A DNA stretch of 64,000 bases from Escherichia phage phiLLS. The stretch is from the sequence record NC_047822.1; one strand, 5' to 3'. Below, one piece after another: positions 35,591 to 44,621 of this stretch. Made by a program: the position numbers and the translations under genes. The first letter of the stretch is position 1. Every line of letters begins with the position of its first letter. The notes under the pieces are model-generated. The model was not told where the DNA came from and did no database searches. It saw only the letters and a program-made list of their open reading frames with translations.

Positions 35591-36022
35591 ATGAACAAAG
35601 TTGATAAAGCTCTAGTTTTCGCAGCAGCAGATAAGTTTGAACAAGTTAAGGCAACTTTCCGAACCTTGTTCCAGTCTTACGTTCAGGATAAGTCCAATCC
35701 TATCTCTGAACGTTTGATGGTCTGGGAATGTTATGCTTGCAATGCCCTGCTAATTGCTGATTACCGTAGTGACATAGATAAAGATCTTTGTGAAATCCTT
35801 ATCCCTGAGGAAGCAGAACGTTATCAGCTAATCTCTTTCCAAGATTTGGCAGAGCACATCATCCCTGATGATCTTTGGGACAAGTATTATGGTGATCCTG
35901 AAGATGAAGGAATGACTCCAGAAGCCTGTATTGAGCTGATCTGCAAAGATCATCCTGAAATTGCAGAGAAATTTGAAAAAGTTTTTGCTTCTGAGTTCTC
36001 CGGCGTTGTTAACGATTGGTAA
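35591..36022 (+). CDS. Hypothetical protein
   Basis: 143-aa ORF with AGAAGGAA RBS after promoter. Confidence 0.5.
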   Translation: MNKVDKALVFAAADKFEQVKATFRTLFQSYVQDKSNPISERLMVWECYACNALLIADYRSDIDKDLCEILIPEEAERYQLISFQDLAEHIIPDDLWDKYYGDPEDEGMTPEACIELICKDHPEIAEKFEKVFASEFSGVVNDW

Positions 36023-36039
36023 GTAATTAAAAAATTCAG

Positions 36040-36068
36040 TTGCTTTAGGCCTTAAAATTCTGTATAAT
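36040..36068 (+). promoter_or_regulatory. T5-type early promoter
   Basis: -35 TTGCTT, 17-bp spacer, -10 TATAAT. Confidence 0.55.
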
Positions 36069-36100
36069 AAGTTCATAAATTAATGAGAGAGGAAATTCTA

Positions 36101-36352
36101 ATGGAAAACATGACTAAAAACGAAATGGCTAACGTTCTGGCAATTCTCCTCGACATGCAGGGTTTTGAGGGTCAGCTAATGAAGATGTCTATTCCGGCGA
36201 TGAAAAAGATGTATGATTCTCTGAATAAGAATGCTATGGCGTTCAACCTTGCAAAACAGGAAGCTCGTTTTGCTAAAGAGCATCAAGCGACTGCCGAACG
36301 TCGTGCAGCATCTTTTGAGCGTGAAGTTAAGCAACTGAAAGGTAAGAAATAA
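36101..36352 (+). CDS. Hypothetical protein
   Basis: ATG at 36101 with GAGAGAGG RBS; 36083 is an alternative start. Confidence 0.5.
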   Translation: MENMTKNEMANVLAILLDMQGFEGQLMKMSIPAMKKMYDSLNKNAMAFNLAKQEARFAKEHQATAERRAASFEREVKQLKGKK

Positions 36353-36513
36353 TGGAGAGTAAACTAGCATTAGTAGCAATAATGGTAGTTTTCCAAGCGA
36401 TATTTTTGGGACTTATTCACAATAAAGTTTCTAAACTAGAAAACTCAGCAAAAGAACTGAAAGTAGAAATGTGTAAACTAGTTCCAAACAATGAAAAATG
36501 TAAGGACATTTAA
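36352..36513 (+). CDS. Hypothetical small membrane protein (53 aa)
   Basis: ATG overlaps the upstream stop (TAATG); hydrophobic N-terminus; below ORF-track cutoff. Confidence 0.35.
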   Translation: MESKLALVAIMVVFQAIFLGLIHNKVSKLENSAKELKVEMCKLVPNNEKCKDI

Positions 36514-36794
36514 TGTTGATTGAAATTCTCATTGGATTGCTAGTGCTTATGACACTAGTAGCTATAGGTGGGATTATTGGTATTGTAAGCATGCGAAAAA
36601 ATATAGAGAGTATGCTTACTACTAATAGTGGACTTCACTGCCGCTTAATAGAACAAGAACAAGATATTGAACTAGCGCAAAGACGCTCAGATATTCTAAA
36701 AGAAAAACTAAATAATATTGAAGCAATAGCTGGGAATACAAAATTACCTAATAAAGTAATGCGTGCACAGATAATTACGGAGATTAAAAAATGA
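36513..36794 (+). CDS. Hypothetical membrane protein
   Basis: 93-aa ORF with N-terminal TM helix and coiled coil. Confidence 0.45.
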   Translation: MLIEILIGLLVLMTLVAIGGIIGIVSMRKNIESMLTTNSGLHCRLIEQEQDIELAQRRSDILKEKLNNIEAIAGNTKLPNKVMRAQIITEIKK

Positions 36795-37036
36795 TGATGT
36801 TTATTCTAGCGTTTTATTTGATTGTGGTTGGTGTACTGGTTACCAAGTACCACACATGGACGCCAAAGAATGTTGTTAAGGTAGCTTTATTTGTTATTCC
36901 AGTTCCACTTATTATCTTTTCTATGTTACTGGTGATGTTAGTTGGTAAAGTAACAAAAACCGATATTAAACGTATTGCTGATGAATTACAACAGTCTTGT
37001 GATATGGTAGAGGACATTCTTAAAGATGAAGCTTAA
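36791..37036 (+). CDS. Hypothetical membrane protein
   Basis: 81-aa ORF, two TM helices. Confidence 0.45.
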   Translation: MMMFILAFYLIVVGVLVTKYHTWTPKNVVKVALFVIPVPLIIFSMLLVMLVGKVTKTDIKRIADELQQSCDMVEDILKDEA

Positions 37037-37352
37037 TTTTAACGAATTAAATACCTTACATGAGATATTACAGTTTGTGAATAATAATATTAGTATTCCA
37101 GATGATACACTAGAAGTTCTCATGTTAATCGAGAAAAAGGTAGGAATTGAGATTGAGGACTCCTGGAAACCACTTTCTGTATTAACACCTCTTAATATGA
37201 AAGTGATAGTTAAAAATATCGATACTGGTGAAGAATGTAAGATGATTCGTAAAGAGCTAGCTGATAGCTATTCACCAAAGTCTGTAGTAATGTATCGTGA
37301 TGACACACCTAAGGTTCTACAGACAGCTAATTACGTATGGCGTCTCCCATGA
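37026..37352 (+). CDS. Hypothetical protein
   Basis: 108-aa ORF. Confidence 0.45.
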   Translation: MKLNFNELNTLHEILQFVNNNISIPDDTLEVLMLIEKKVGIEIEDSWKPLSVLTPLNMKVIVKNIDTGEECKMIRKELADSYSPKSVVMYRDDTPKVLQTANYVWRLP

Positions 37353-37451
37353 TTGATTTAGTACCAATTACTGCGGGGCTAATAGCACTATTAGTGCTCG
37401 CAGTTTTCATTATTGTGGAGCAGGCCAAAGTAATAAGGAGACTTAAAAACA

Positions 37452-37652
37452 ATGATAAAACGTCTTGTTTATCGGGCACCAAAGATTGTAACTGAGTATT
37501 TTGTATTACTGCCCCAGATTGTATTTCTAACAGCATTATTTAATATACTTTTTCGACATCTAGGAATAACGGAAAATATCTTCTACACTTCTGAACTACT
37601 TCCTTTTATGTATGAAGGCATCATCGTGGCAATTAACGGAGTTCGTAAATGA
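37452..37652 (+). CDS. Hypothetical small membrane protein
   Basis: 66-aa ORF with AAGGAGA RBS. Confidence 0.45.
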   Translation: MIKRLVYRAPKIVTEYFVLLPQIVFLTALFNILFRHLGITENIFYTSELLPFMYEGIIVAINGVRK

Positions 37653-38110
37653 CAGCACTACAACAACTACAGAATTACTGGTTTGATAACCAATTTAACG
37701 ATCTCTTCATCCAGTTATTTGTCGAAACGAACGGACGCTTCAACTACCGATTCTTTAATAAGTTTCACGAAACAAAATTCTCGCATACAGAAATTAATGC
37801 AGCGATCCAAGACCTAACTGGTTCTAAAGTAGTTCAATATCGTGAAGTAGACTTTACACCAGATTGTTTTGGATTTAAATTGTTTAAGAAAGCATATAAA
37901 TTTGGTAAGTTTGAAGATGCTCGTCAATGGGTTCACGATTTTTGGTATAACACCGATATTGTTCCTAGTCGTGTACTGATTTTTAACTGGATTGCTAAAC
38001 AACATCCGCCTAAAGCTCAATCATCCTTCTTACCAACTGACACAGGAAACCTCTACCATGACAGAAAAGAAAAATCCATTATTGGAGCAGATGAAGGAGT
38101 GGGAGAGTAA
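37649..38110 (+). CDS. Hypothetical protein
   Basis: 153-aa ORF. Confidence 0.5.
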   Translation: MTALQQLQNYWFDNQFNDLFIQLFVETNGRFNYRFFNKFHETKFSHTEINAAIQDLTGSKVVQYREVDFTPDCFGFKLFKKAYKFGKFEDARQWVHDFWYNTDIVPSRVLIFNWIAKQHPPKAQSSFLPTDTGNLYHDRKEKSIIGADEGVGE

Positions 38111-38429
38111 TATTGAATCTGGTCTAGTAGACGGAGAAGATATTGTTAACTCCATGCTAGAAGTAACAGTAGATAATATTAATCCTATTTTGGCCAAAGA
38201 AACCTCCGATCTTATAGGACTCTCTAGCACATTTGATTCTTTGGCTAAATTAGCTTTAGACGATGAAGAGATAACCAAAGAAGATCTCGCTACAGCTATG
38301 AATATGGCTATTAACGCTTACATTGGTAAACGTACCGATGAACTTGGTAAACAGATCAATAAGCGTGATACTACGCTAGGTCTTATGGAAACGGCCACTA
38401 TGTTACGAAGTGGTAAACAACTTCACTAA
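38058..38429 (+). CDS. Hypothetical acidic protein (start uncertain)
   Basis: Internal ATG of the 37992 ORF-track entry; overlaps the upstream gene. Confidence 0.35.
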   Translation: MTEKKNPLLEQMKEWESNIESGLVDGEDIVNSMLEVTVDNINPILAKETSDLIGLSSTFDSLAKLALDDEEITKEDLATAMNMAINAYIGKRTDELGKQINKRDTTLGLMETATMLRSGKQLH

Positions 38430-38436
38430 TTCTAGA

Positions 38437-38468
38437 GGCCAGGACTTAATTGTTCTGGCCTTTTATGT
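38437..38468 (+). terminator. Rho-independent terminator
   Basis: Hairpin ggccaggac...gttctggcc followed by TTTTATGTTTT. Confidence 0.55.
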
Positions 38469-38484
38469 TTTCAAGGAACTTCAA

Positions 38485-38688
38485 ATGCAAGTATATGTCC
38501 TTACCAGAGATATAAATGAGTATAATCAGGATGGTGAGTATTTTGTAAAAGTATTCGCTGAAAAGCCAAGTAAACAACAATTATTAGATGCTGGAGTACC
38601 GGAAGACCAAGCTAAGTGTTTACTACAAGATAAAGAGTTTACTGGAGATGCTTACGAATGTTTCTACCTTAACTGTGAGACTATTTAA
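38485..38688 (+). CDS. Hypothetical small protein
   Basis: ATG at 38485 with AAGGAA RBS downstream of terminator. Confidence 0.4.
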   Translation: MQVYVLTRDINEYNQDGEYFVKVFAEKPSKQQLLDAGVPEDQAKCLLQDKEFTGDAYECFYLNCETI

Positions 38689-38689
38689 T

Positions 38690-39136
38690 ATGAGAGAGAA
38701 AGTAAATGAATTATTAATCGAGGAAGCTAACAACTTTCCAATAAATAGGTTCATTAAATCGGATGGTTCTATTAATAGAACTAGGATTAAGCAGCTACAT
38801 CCCGACTTCCAGCAAGAAGCACTAAACCTTATATTTATCAAGAAAGCCGTTGCAGCTCACGGGGCTTTCTTCGGATATGAGCGTGTAAATTATAAAACAA
38901 TGCAGCAGCAAGTCGAGATTTATTGTCCAGATCATGATGGTTATTACTGGCAGACTGCTAGATCTCATTTAGAAGGGCATGGTTGTCGACTGTGTGCACA
39001 CAAAGTTGTGCAGCGTGTCACGGATTATGGAACTTATACCGTACCAGCATGTTACCATAAATTTGTAATTGACGATAATCATATAGTTTGGTATAATAAG
39101 TTTTCAAAGCTAAGAATGGAGATAAGTAGTGAGTAG
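38690..39136 (+). CDS. Hypothetical Cys/His-rich protein
   Basis: ATG at 38690 after the upstream stop; CPDHDG...HGCRLCAHK suggests metal binding. Confidence 0.45.
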   Translation: MREKVNELLIEEANNFPINRFIKSDGSINRTRIKQLHPDFQQEALNLIFIKKAVAAHGAFFGYERVNYKTMQQQVEIYCPDHDGYYWQTARSHLEGHGCRLCAHKVVQRVTDYGTYTVPACYHKFVIDDNHIVWYNKFSKLRMEISSE

Positions 39137-39419
39137 CTATATTGTATGGTCAAATCCACTAGCAGCACTTAGTAACAAACTATTTAAAACAACATGGGGG
39201 TATAATGAGATAGACTTAGGTAGTCGTCCAATACCAAACAAACACCCTTTAGTTCCAGAGCTGTATAGGGTAGTGATAAATGGCACAGAATATTTGGTTG
39301 ATAAATTTGACAGAAAACGTTTACTAGAGGGTATCTACGATAATTCTACATCGATAAATGAATTAGTAGAACATGCCCAAATATATGATAAAAGCTGGAT
39401 GTTAATATGGAGATCATAG
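39129..39419 (+). CDS. Hypothetical protein (GTG start)
   Basis: 96-aa ORF. Confidence 0.4.
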   Translation: MSSYIVWSNPLAALSNKLFKTTWGYNEIDLGSRPIPNKHPLVPELYRVVINGTEYLVDKFDRKRLLEGIYDNSTSINELVEHAQIYDKSWMLIWRS

Positions 39420-39640
39420 TAATTATTTTAGCAGTTATGTTATTTATTGTAACATTTGTATCATTTGCTATTATGCGTAGAGCTAGAGAACTAGCAGAAG
39501 ATCTAATAAAATTACGTGGTGAGTTAGCTGCTCTTAAATTACAACGTGAGGCTTTAAAGTTGTTTGTGGTTCAGGGTAGCGTAGAACATACAACAGAAGA
39601 CTTCATCACGTACCTCAAACGTTACATGGGAATTAAATAA
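39407..39640 (+). CDS. Hypothetical membrane protein
   Basis: 77-aa ORF, N-terminal TM helix plus coiled coil. Confidence 0.45.
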   Translation: MEIIVIILAVMLFIVTFVSFAIMRRARELAEDLIKLRGELAALKLQREALKLFVVQGSVEHTTEDFITYLKRYMGIK

Positions 39641-39825
39641 TGGAAACTCTTTTTCTTTTAATGCTCGTAGGTTCCCTGCTAGTTATACTAGCACTTCTAC
39701 TAATCTGTAATATTCTTAATAATAAGAATTTAGAGTTAAAGTGTGAGAACCAAATCCTTAATCGTGAACTTAAACAATATAACATAGCAGCGCACAAGCT
39801 ACTAGACAAACTGGAGAATAAGTAA
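39640..39825 (+). CDS. Hypothetical small membrane protein
   Basis: 61-aa ORF, N-terminal TM helix. Confidence 0.4.
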   Translation: METLFLLMLVGSLLVILALLLICNILNNKNLELKCENQILNRELKQYNIAAHKLLDKLENK

Positions 39826-40385
39826 TGACCTTATATGCACAACAATCTATTCAAGTAGTACCGGATCATGAACTGAACACATGGGATTATAGCTTTAAAG
39901 ATTTAACTGCTACTGTACAATTCAAATCTATGAAGCTAACATTTGCACACACTGACCTTAGAGCCTGTAAAGATCTTGAAGGTAAGCTCGAAGATGCTCG
40001 TAAGATTTTTGGCACGGCTCGCATCCCAGCTGATAACCTGATTAATGCACTGATCGATGCTGGGTACAAACTCGTGAAGACCGAGGTGAACCGCCCTAGT
40101 ACTCCAGTGACTATTAGAGATCCGTGGCAGTCAGGGACAATCTCAATGCTGAATAACTCCGATAAAAGATTAATGTCGGATATGCACAATGTTCCATGTG
40201 GTGGTGTGGTAAGTAGTACGCAGTCATATAAGTTTGGGGAAGATTATGGGCCTTCTATACAGTTGAAACATACTCAAGAAGCTCTTGAGTCTGACATGAA
40301 AAGCGTAGCACCTGCGGATGCTGGAGTTTTTAATAAGTCTGTTTATACTATTCCTATGAACAATCCTGTAAGAGTGGAAGTCTAG
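39825..40385 (+). CDS. Hypothetical protein
   Basis: 186-aa ORF. Confidence 0.5.
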   Translation: MTLYAQQSIQVVPDHELNTWDYSFKDLTATVQFKSMKLTFAHTDLRACKDLEGKLEDARKIFGTARIPADNLINALIDAGYKLVKTEVNRPSTPVTIRDPWQSGTISMLNNSDKRLMSDMHNVPCGGVVSSTQSYKFGEDYGPSIQLKHTQEALESDMKSVAPADAGVFNKSVYTIPMNNPVRVEV

Positions 40386-40521
40386 AAGATGCAATTATGG
40401 AAGCACTAGGAGCTGTTATTAATGAGAATAAAAAGGATTAATAATTCCTAATACATGAGCCTCTACGGAGGCTCTAAAATAAAAAGAAGGTCATCCAGAC
40501 CTTAAAAATGAGAGATAAATA

Positions 40522-41406
40522 ATGTATAACTTTAAAGATAAACTAAGACAAAATGCTGGTAAAACAAAACCTAAAGAGAACAATAATGTTCCTAATGCCA
40601 AAGTATTATCATTTCCAGAACTGTCTCAAGAAGAAAAAGATAAGTTAGCATTTATGTTTGATGCCCTTCTAGAGCTAAATGGACGTTTATATTCCTCACT
40701 CAATATTAATGAGAAACGTTTAGTAGAGATGTTTTGTAAGCGTTATCAAGTTACTTCAAAGGGCAATTCTTATAAAGAAGGTGAGAAAGCATTCACAGTC
40801 TTAAAGATTAGCGCATATGCACATCGTTTCTTAGTTTATGGGTTACAGATGGAATACTTCACCATCCCATCATTTAGCTCTTTCCATATCTTTGAAGATG
40901 AACGAATGAATATTGATGATCTCTATGGGGATACATACAAATACTCAGGAAGTCCATTCCATGATGCATTAAGGAGTTACCCAACTAACTATTTACCAGT
41001 TAGGGCATCACAAGGTAAAGCTAGCATCTTCGCTGTTTACTCAGGATCTAAAGCATCGGATCTAGAAACTTATATATTTAAAGAGCGTAAATCTGTGCTT
41101 CCAGATGAAGCATTGTATAACAATCCATTGCTTCCAGAAAAAGAACCAGAAAAAGTTGATGTAACCCCACCAATCCCATCTGATTCTCAGTATTTAATTT
41201 ATGAGAAACAAGTTAAGTTATCCCTAGAAATTGGGTTAGTTACACCGCTTGCTGCAGCGTTCATAAATAGATACCTAGAAATCCCAGAAGAGTTCCACCA
41301 ACGTTATAGTACGAATGTTCAGATAACGGATGAACTAATTGCGTTAGCAAAAGATACACCTACAGATACTGAGGCGTATCAAAAAGCATACCAAGAGTTA
41401 CTGTAA
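40522..41406 (+). CDS. Hypothetical protein
   Basis: 294-aa ORF with RBS; last + strand CDS before the repeat region. Confidence 0.55.
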   Translation: MYNFKDKLRQNAGKTKPKENNNVPNAKVLSFPELSQEEKDKLAFMFDALLELNGRLYSSLNINEKRLVEMFCKRYQVTSKGNSYKEGEKAFTVLKISAYAHRFLVYGLQMEYFTIPSFSSFHIFEDERMNIDDLYGDTYKYSGSPFHDALRSYPTNYLPVRASQGKASIFAVYSGSKASDLETYIFKERKSVLPDEALYNNPLLPEKEPEKVDVTPPIPSDSQYLIYEKQVKLSLEIGLVTPLAAAFINRYLEIPEEFHQRYSTNVQITDELIALAKDTPTDTEAYQKAYQELL

Positions 41407-41918
41407 GATCCTGCATGTCTCGGTGCACAATACCTGTACCGAGACAGAAATACAAACTCTCGTTGACAGATAGCTAAATGTATGTTATCATAACTCTATG
41501 AGTTAATAGAATTAACCATTTAGAGTTGCCACACAGAAGGTGTGGTGGTTCAGTAATTTAAAATTACTAACTTGTAGCGGAGGATACGGAGCGACAGGAC
41601 AAGTTAATAAGTAATTTAATATAAATTGCTAGAAACATCACGAGACCTTCTGGCGGGGGCAAAGCTCTATATGAGAACCCTGGGGGATCTTATATTTAAA
41701 ATAAAAGTAAAACTTTTGACCACATAATTTACATTCAAGATGATACACCTGTTGCCGCTCTTCTGTTAGGATGGCACAACACTTTCCTAGAAACTCCAGA
41801 GTTCTCACGAGATACCACTCTTTCTAGGAACATATACTAGGCGGTTAATACAGGGCGGTTATAGGGAGGGCGGTTATTTCTAGAAGACATTTTTTGAAAA
41901 CACATTTCCAGAAATTAC

Positions 41919-42519
41919 TGTCGGATTTGCACACTGATATTCTAGAAATTTATGGTAGGATTTGCACAAATGCCTAAGTTTTTAGGAACTCTTACTCTCC
42001 TGAAAATAGCAGCATTATTTCGGGCCGAAGGCCCATGATTGCCTGAGTTTTTAGAGCCACAGAAATTTTCACTTGTCAAGCTATTTTGCCCCATTTTGCT
42101 AATAAAATTTCGCTTTTTCTGCACCTATCTCAAATTAACCCAAGTTATCTCACATCTCCTCCAAAATCCCCGCGGATCAGGTGCTCCGCACCAAACATGC
42201 GCTACATCCTTCTAGCCCCCAAATTTCTCTCACTCTCTCATCTTCTCCTCAAACCCACACAATCACACACCCTCCAATCGAAGTCACAAAAATCTTGTCG
42301 GATTCGCACATCTTAATCCTAGAAAAACCGTGTCGGATTTGCACATACTCCACAGGATTGATGCGCAGCATCGGATTGCTGGAGTTTTTGGAAAAATTCA
42401 TTGTCGGATTTGCACACTATAAAAATTTTTCGGGTCGGATTTGCACACTACCAAAAATTGTCGGATTTGCACATACGTGCCCGCACGTAACACCCGTGGA
42501 GCAATGTCGGATTTGCACA
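41919..42519. repeat. Array of at least 6 direct repeats TGTCGGATTTGCACA with degenerate copies
   Basis: Copies at 41919, 42332, 42402, 42435, 42459, 42505; variants at 41957 and 42296; irregular spacing. Confidence 0.8.
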
Positions 42520-42520
42520 A

Positions 42521-42546
42521 AAGCGCAGGGCAATTGCCCTGCGCTA
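42521..42546. repeat. Perfect palindrome agcgcagggcaattgccctgcgct
   Basis: 11-bp arms around a central AATT. Confidence 0.8.
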
Positions 42547-42770
42547 AATACGAATGATAATAAGAATCATTCTCATTTAAAAAGCGGAATGAGAATGATA
42601 ATAATTCGCATTTAGAAAGTGAAATGAGAATCAATCTCATTTAAGAAAGGGAATGAGAACTATTCAAAAAGTGAAATGATTCTCATTTAGGAAAGGAAAT
42701 GATTATCGGTTAGATAGTGGAATGCGAATGATAATGATTTGCATTTAAGAATGGAAGTGAGAAACACTGT
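42547..42770. repeat. Array of about 8 imperfect AT-rich palindromic units (Fur-box-like)
   Basis: Units contain AATGATAAT / GATAATGAT / ATTCTCATT; spacing 21-40 bp, each ending CATTTAAGAAAG-like. Confidence 0.7.
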
Positions 42771-42845
42771 TATTTAAGTTATCCACAGACTTATCAACAG
42801 CACGATTTGACTTGACAGAATCCTAGCCATTTTGAAGCGTTATTA

Positions 42846-42886
42846 ACAGACTTATCCACAGCTTATCCTACTGTATAAATATACAG
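42846..42886. repeat. Inverted repeat, left arm (41 bp, contains a DnaA-box-like TTATCCACA)
   Basis: 40/41 match to the reverse complement of 45894-45934. Confidence 0.85.
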
Positions 42887-43001
42887 TATTCCTACGTAGT
42901 GAATAATTCTAATATACCGCTAAAACGTCCTGAATCGCATTCTAACGCGTTTAATTTTGGTGGGGATACTAAAACAAGGGGGTATTTAACTGGAGGCATG
43001 G

Positions 43002-43023
43002 AAAAACGGGGAGCTAATCCCCG
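43002..43023 (-). terminator. Rho-independent terminator for the minus-strand cassette
   Basis: Minus-strand hairpin cggggattagctccccg followed by TTTTT. Confidence 0.55.
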
Positions 43024-43139
43024 TCGTTCTCAGAGTAGCGGGCAACCGTTACGCTTTGCCCACTCCCGCCACTCATCTTGATGTCTAGATTTGCGACGGC
43101 GTACTAAAAACCGCTTATACCAGTGATTAAACCATCGTT

Positions 43140-43343
43140 TCATAAACCATCCTCCGGTAATTGATGCGTGATCTTTTCCTCTTCCCCATAGGAATCGACC
43201 AAATGCTGATAATAACCATCGTGATCATAAATCACTTTATCATACTCGCCACGCTCGACCGCTTGCCGGTTTTCTGGCGTATCGGGCACGTAAAAAACGT
43301 CAACCATTGTACTGATTTTGGTTACAACAATTTTATTGCTCAT
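43140..43343 (-). CDS. Hypothetical acidic protein
   Basis: 67-aa minus-strand ORF inside the inverted-repeat-bounded segment. Confidence 0.45.
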   Translation of the reverse strand: MSNKIVVTKISTMVDVFYVPDTPENRQAVERGEYDKVIYDHDGYYQHLVDSYGEEEKITHQLPEDGL

Positions 43344-43361
43344 AATAACCCCCGTTATTAA

Positions 43362-43520
43362 TTATTTGCGTAAATATACGCTTGCCAATAGTCCAGCTAG
43401 AAAGCCCGCCGATACACCAAATGAAGCCACACCGGGAACACTAGCACCATGAGCATATAAAGCCCAGCAAATTACATAAGGCAACAACGGAAACATGCCA
43501 GCTATTAAAAACTTTTTCAT
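43362..43520 (-). CDS. Hypothetical small membrane protein (52 aa)
   Basis: Hydrophobic ORF whose ATG overlaps the upstream stop; below ORF-track cutoff. Confidence 0.35.
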   Translation of the reverse strand: MKKFLIAGMFPLLPYVICWALYAHGASVPGVASFGVSAGFLAGLLASVYLRK

Positions 43521-43861
43521 TGCGCCACCTTTCGAAACGCTGTTTCAATACTATCCGCAGTGGATTGAATATACGCGCCTTTCATTACTAGGCGCTCGGT
43601 GCATATCTTGCGGAAAATATTAATAAAATCATCTTCATTTTCTGCAATTAACGCTTCACCCATAACCTGAACGTCACAAGATGCAAAGGTCAAAAATTGA
43701 AACGCTAGTTCACGGGCAACGACCGCATTAATCTTATAATGCGCTTTGCCCTCATAAATATTAATAACGCCCTTATAAGCTGGTGAAAGCTGGTTTAAAT
43801 AGTTTGCTAACAATGCCGGGCGGCAATTAGCAACAAAGCGGTTGCCTTCATAAATAACCAT
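43517..43861 (-). CDS. Hypothetical protein
   Basis: ORF-track 43517-43900; internal ATG at 43861 avoids overlap with the upstream gene. Confidence 0.45.
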   Translation of the reverse strand: MVIYEGNRFVANCRPALLANYLNQLSPAYKGVINIYEGKAHYKINAVVARELAFQFLTFASCDVQVMGEALIAENEDDFINIFRKICTERLVMKGAYIQSTADSIETAFRKVAQ

Positions 43862-43862
43862 T

Positions 43863-44075
43863 TTATAACACCCCACGAAACGCAGCGTAAAAGGTGGCAA
43901 AGTGTTTAACCGTTTCAGCGATCACGTTGCCGCGCTTGTCAAATTTCTTTTCTGTAACACGAAAGGCATTCTTATTACGTGCTACATATTCGATTTTACA
44001 ATCTTCACGCTCGAACGTGTTAACATCCACCAGCTTAAAGCCTTTCGAACGAGCAAGAGAAACGTTGCGGATCAT
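43863..44075 (-). CDS. Hypothetical small basic protein
   Basis: 70-aa minus-strand ORF. Confidence 0.45.
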   Translation of the reverse strand: MIRNVSLARSKGFKLVDVNTFEREDCKIEYVARNKNAFRVTEKKFDKRGNVIAETVKHFATFYAAFRGVL

Positions 44076-44273
44076 TTTTATTCTCCTTTACTAGTCATGC
44101 AGCCCAGCAGATAAGAAAAAACGGCGATACCCGCGCCGACAATAACGGCGTGAACGTCGAAAGCTATAGCAAAAAGTGATAAAATAGCACCCAAGATACC
44201 TGCTAGAATTGACCGAAAAATAACCATTTTCATTCCCCTAGTTAATGGGGCGAAAGTAACGCCCCGTTATTAA

Positions 44274-44504
44274 TTACATTAAAACAATTTTTGCAGCTTG
44301 TTTTTTAGTACAGTGTTCCGCTTTCAGGGTATCCAGCAAAAAGCCCGCTGTTTGCTGATCAATCTTATCAGCGTTGTATAGTTCTTGGATGGTGTTATAG
44401 GTTTTAGCAATGCCGAACTCCTGCACCATTTCATGAATAACAACACGATTAGATACCCAACCTTGCGCGGTGAACAGATGACTAGCAGAAGAATAAGCAA
44501 CCAT
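44274..44504 (-). CDS. Hypothetical protein
   Basis: Internal ATG of ORF-track 44274-44561 preceded by a strong GGAGG RBS. Confidence 0.5.
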   Translation of the reverse strand: MVAYSSASHLFTAQGWVSNRVVIHEMVQEFGIAKTYNTIQELYNADKIDQQTAGFLLDTLKAEHCTKKQAAKIVLM

Positions 44505-44621
44505 TTTAAACCTCCAAATTTTTGGGAAAATTTTCAATCCACCGTTTTGGTGTAAAAGCATTATAACAAAAAAGGCCGCCTATTATGGCGACCTTTACAA
44601 AACTTTACACTAAATTAATTA

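Noticed and set aside
41919-42519. Direct-repeat array considered as a possible CRISPR array
   Set aside because: Repeats are only 15 bp, spacing is irregular (24-370 bp), there are no cas genes, and the intervening sequences themselves contain repeats; more consistent with protein-binding sites.
41942-42640. ORF-track entries 41942-42124 (-), 42086-42316 (+), 42181-42615 (+), 42398-42640 (-)
   Set aside because: They run through the repeat arrays, have low-complexity translations dictated by the repeats, lack RBS, and overlap one another on both strands.
42899-43361. + strand ORFs 42899-43081 and 43161-43361
   Set aside because: The first contains the minus-strand terminator hairpin and has no RBS; the second fully overlaps a better minus-strand gene (43140-43343) in a cassette that is otherwise all minus strand.
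44088-44233. Small hydrophobic minus-strand ORF between the 70-aa and 76-aa cassette genes
   Set aside because: Probably real (ATG with a hydrophobic translation), but my hand reading gave inconsistent frame and coordinates, so it was not entered as a feature.
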